DNA of 64,000 nt, taken from the NCBI GenBank assembly GCA_043228905.1, contig JBHGNT010000006.1:12276001-12340000 (forward strand). Direction: 5' to 3'. Both the position numbers and the translations under genes were made by a program. Under the pieces are notes generated by a model. That model was given only the letters and a program-made list of their open reading frames with translations. It ran no database searches and was not told the origin of the DNA. This DNA is from Azolla caroliniana (taxonomy: Eukaryota > Plantae > Polypodiophyta). Of this stretch, positions 62,739 through 64,000 are shown in pieces (positions within the stretch are counted from its first letter, which is position 1; the number at the start of each line of letters is the position of its first letter).

Positions 62739-64000
62739 TGTTGGGATTTTCGGTCCCTCCGGATGGGATGTCCGGAGATGAATGACGGCAATCCCGGTTA
62801 CAATTACGGTTACGGTTATGGTTACGGTCCCGGCTACGGAGCCGGATGATGAAGACCCCGGCTACGGAGCCGGATGATGAACGTACCCGGAGCGAGATCC
62901 GGATGCGGGGACATATTTGTGAATATGCTCACCAAGGGCCCTTGAGGCTATATTTGTAAATAACCCGAAAGTCATATGTGTATAAATATGACTTAGGGCA
63001 AACAGGTTTACGTTGTTGCTCATTTTCTGTTTTCCACTTAGAGAGAGTGAAGAGAGCAGCCGAGAGAGAGAGAGAGAGAGAGAAAGACGAAGAGGTCGTT
63101 GCCTCTGTGTATTACCGCCGCCTATGGCGAAGACAGTGAGCTCAAGGTTGTTGCCTTGTGGCTTCACCATTGTACATCTCTGTTCATAGTGATAGTTGGA
63201 GTTTGAGGACTCCCGTGGTTTTTCCCATTTAGGGTTTTCCACGTAAAACATCCTGTGTATTTTTCTCTCTATTGTCTTCGTGCATTTTTTGTATTTCCCG
63301 TTTTCTGTGAGTTGGTCCTATTCCTCGGTTGTGGTCGAGCACTGTTGTTCAACAATTTGGTATCAGAGCACGGTTAACACAGAAAATGGAAGGCGGCGGT
63401 AGTGGGCCTCCGGGCATGATGGTGTTGAACTCACAGAACTACGCCGACTGGAAGATAAAGATGGAAGACCTTCTCATCGTCCGAGACCTGTACGAACCGA
63501 TCGACAATGCTGAGATACCCAAGGGGGTAATAGAGTCGGAGTGGAAGCTCCTGAACCGGAAAGCCGTAGCGACGATCCGGCAATATGTAGATGTAAGTGT
63601 TCTGCAACATGTGGCGAACGACACCAACGCATATGAGATGTGGAAGAAGCTGTCGGGCCTCTACGAGAGGAAGAATGCGTTGAACCGGACCTCCCTGATG
63701 AGGAAGATAGTGAACCTCAAGTACCGGGACGGCGAGAATATGGTGGAACACGTGAGCACGTTCATGGGATTCGTGAACCAGCTTGCGGCGATCAAGTTCC
63801 CGTTGGAGGATGCAATGCAAGCCATCATTCTGATGTGTACATTGCCGGAAAGCTGGGAGAACTTGGTGGTGACTCTCAGCACCTCCTACACCGAAGATAA
63901 CTTGTCTCTACAAACGGTAAAGACAAGCATTTTGAACGAAGAAGCGCGTCGGAGAGATAAAGAACCGGTTTCCGATCCGAAGATGCTGCTTACCGAATCG
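62739..64000 (+). mobile_element. Ty1/Copia 5' end: LTR 62739-63354, Met PBS 63358-63369, gag
   Basis: TG...CA termini, tggtatcagagc, then gag ORF. Confidence 0.9.
63386..64000 (+). CDS. Copia Gag (partial, continues past the window)
   Basis: MEGGGSGPPGMMVLNSQNYADWKIKMEDLL...LPESWENLVVTL. Confidence 0.85.
   Translation, partial: MEGGGSGPPGMMVLNSQNYADWKIKMEDLLIVRDLYEPIDNAEIPKGVIESEWKLLNRKAVATIRQYVDVSVLQHVANDTNAYEMWKKLSGLYERKNALNRTSLMRKIVNLKYRDGENMVEHVSTFMGFVNQLAAIKFPLEDAMQAIILMCTLPESWENLVVTLSTSYTEDNLSLQTVKTSILNEEARRRDKEPVSDPKMLLTES

Overview
Eukaryotic, plant-like DNA (probably a non-seed plant; inferred from the TE lineages, not proven). One host gene is present: a minus-strand TMC (transmembrane channel-like) gene with at least 13 exons (~17.7-39.1 kb), which I spliced by hand with phase-consistent GT-AG introns. 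It is flanked by nested retroelements. Left: an RTEX-like LINE with an apparently open ORF2, and a decayed Gypsy carrying a solo LTR and a 7.8-kb Athila-like Gypsy with a ~1000-codon extra ORF. Right: a stack of Copia and Gypsy elements, several with exact TSDs. The most unusual signals are (1) a Gypsy whose polypurine-tract position holds a tRNA-Arg 3'-end copy (an inverted PBS), suggesting tRNA-primed plus-strand synthesis; (2) tRNA-like Pol III box A/B modules inside the LTRs of two Gypsy families; (3) the TMC gene itself. All alignments were done by eye and no database searches were run.
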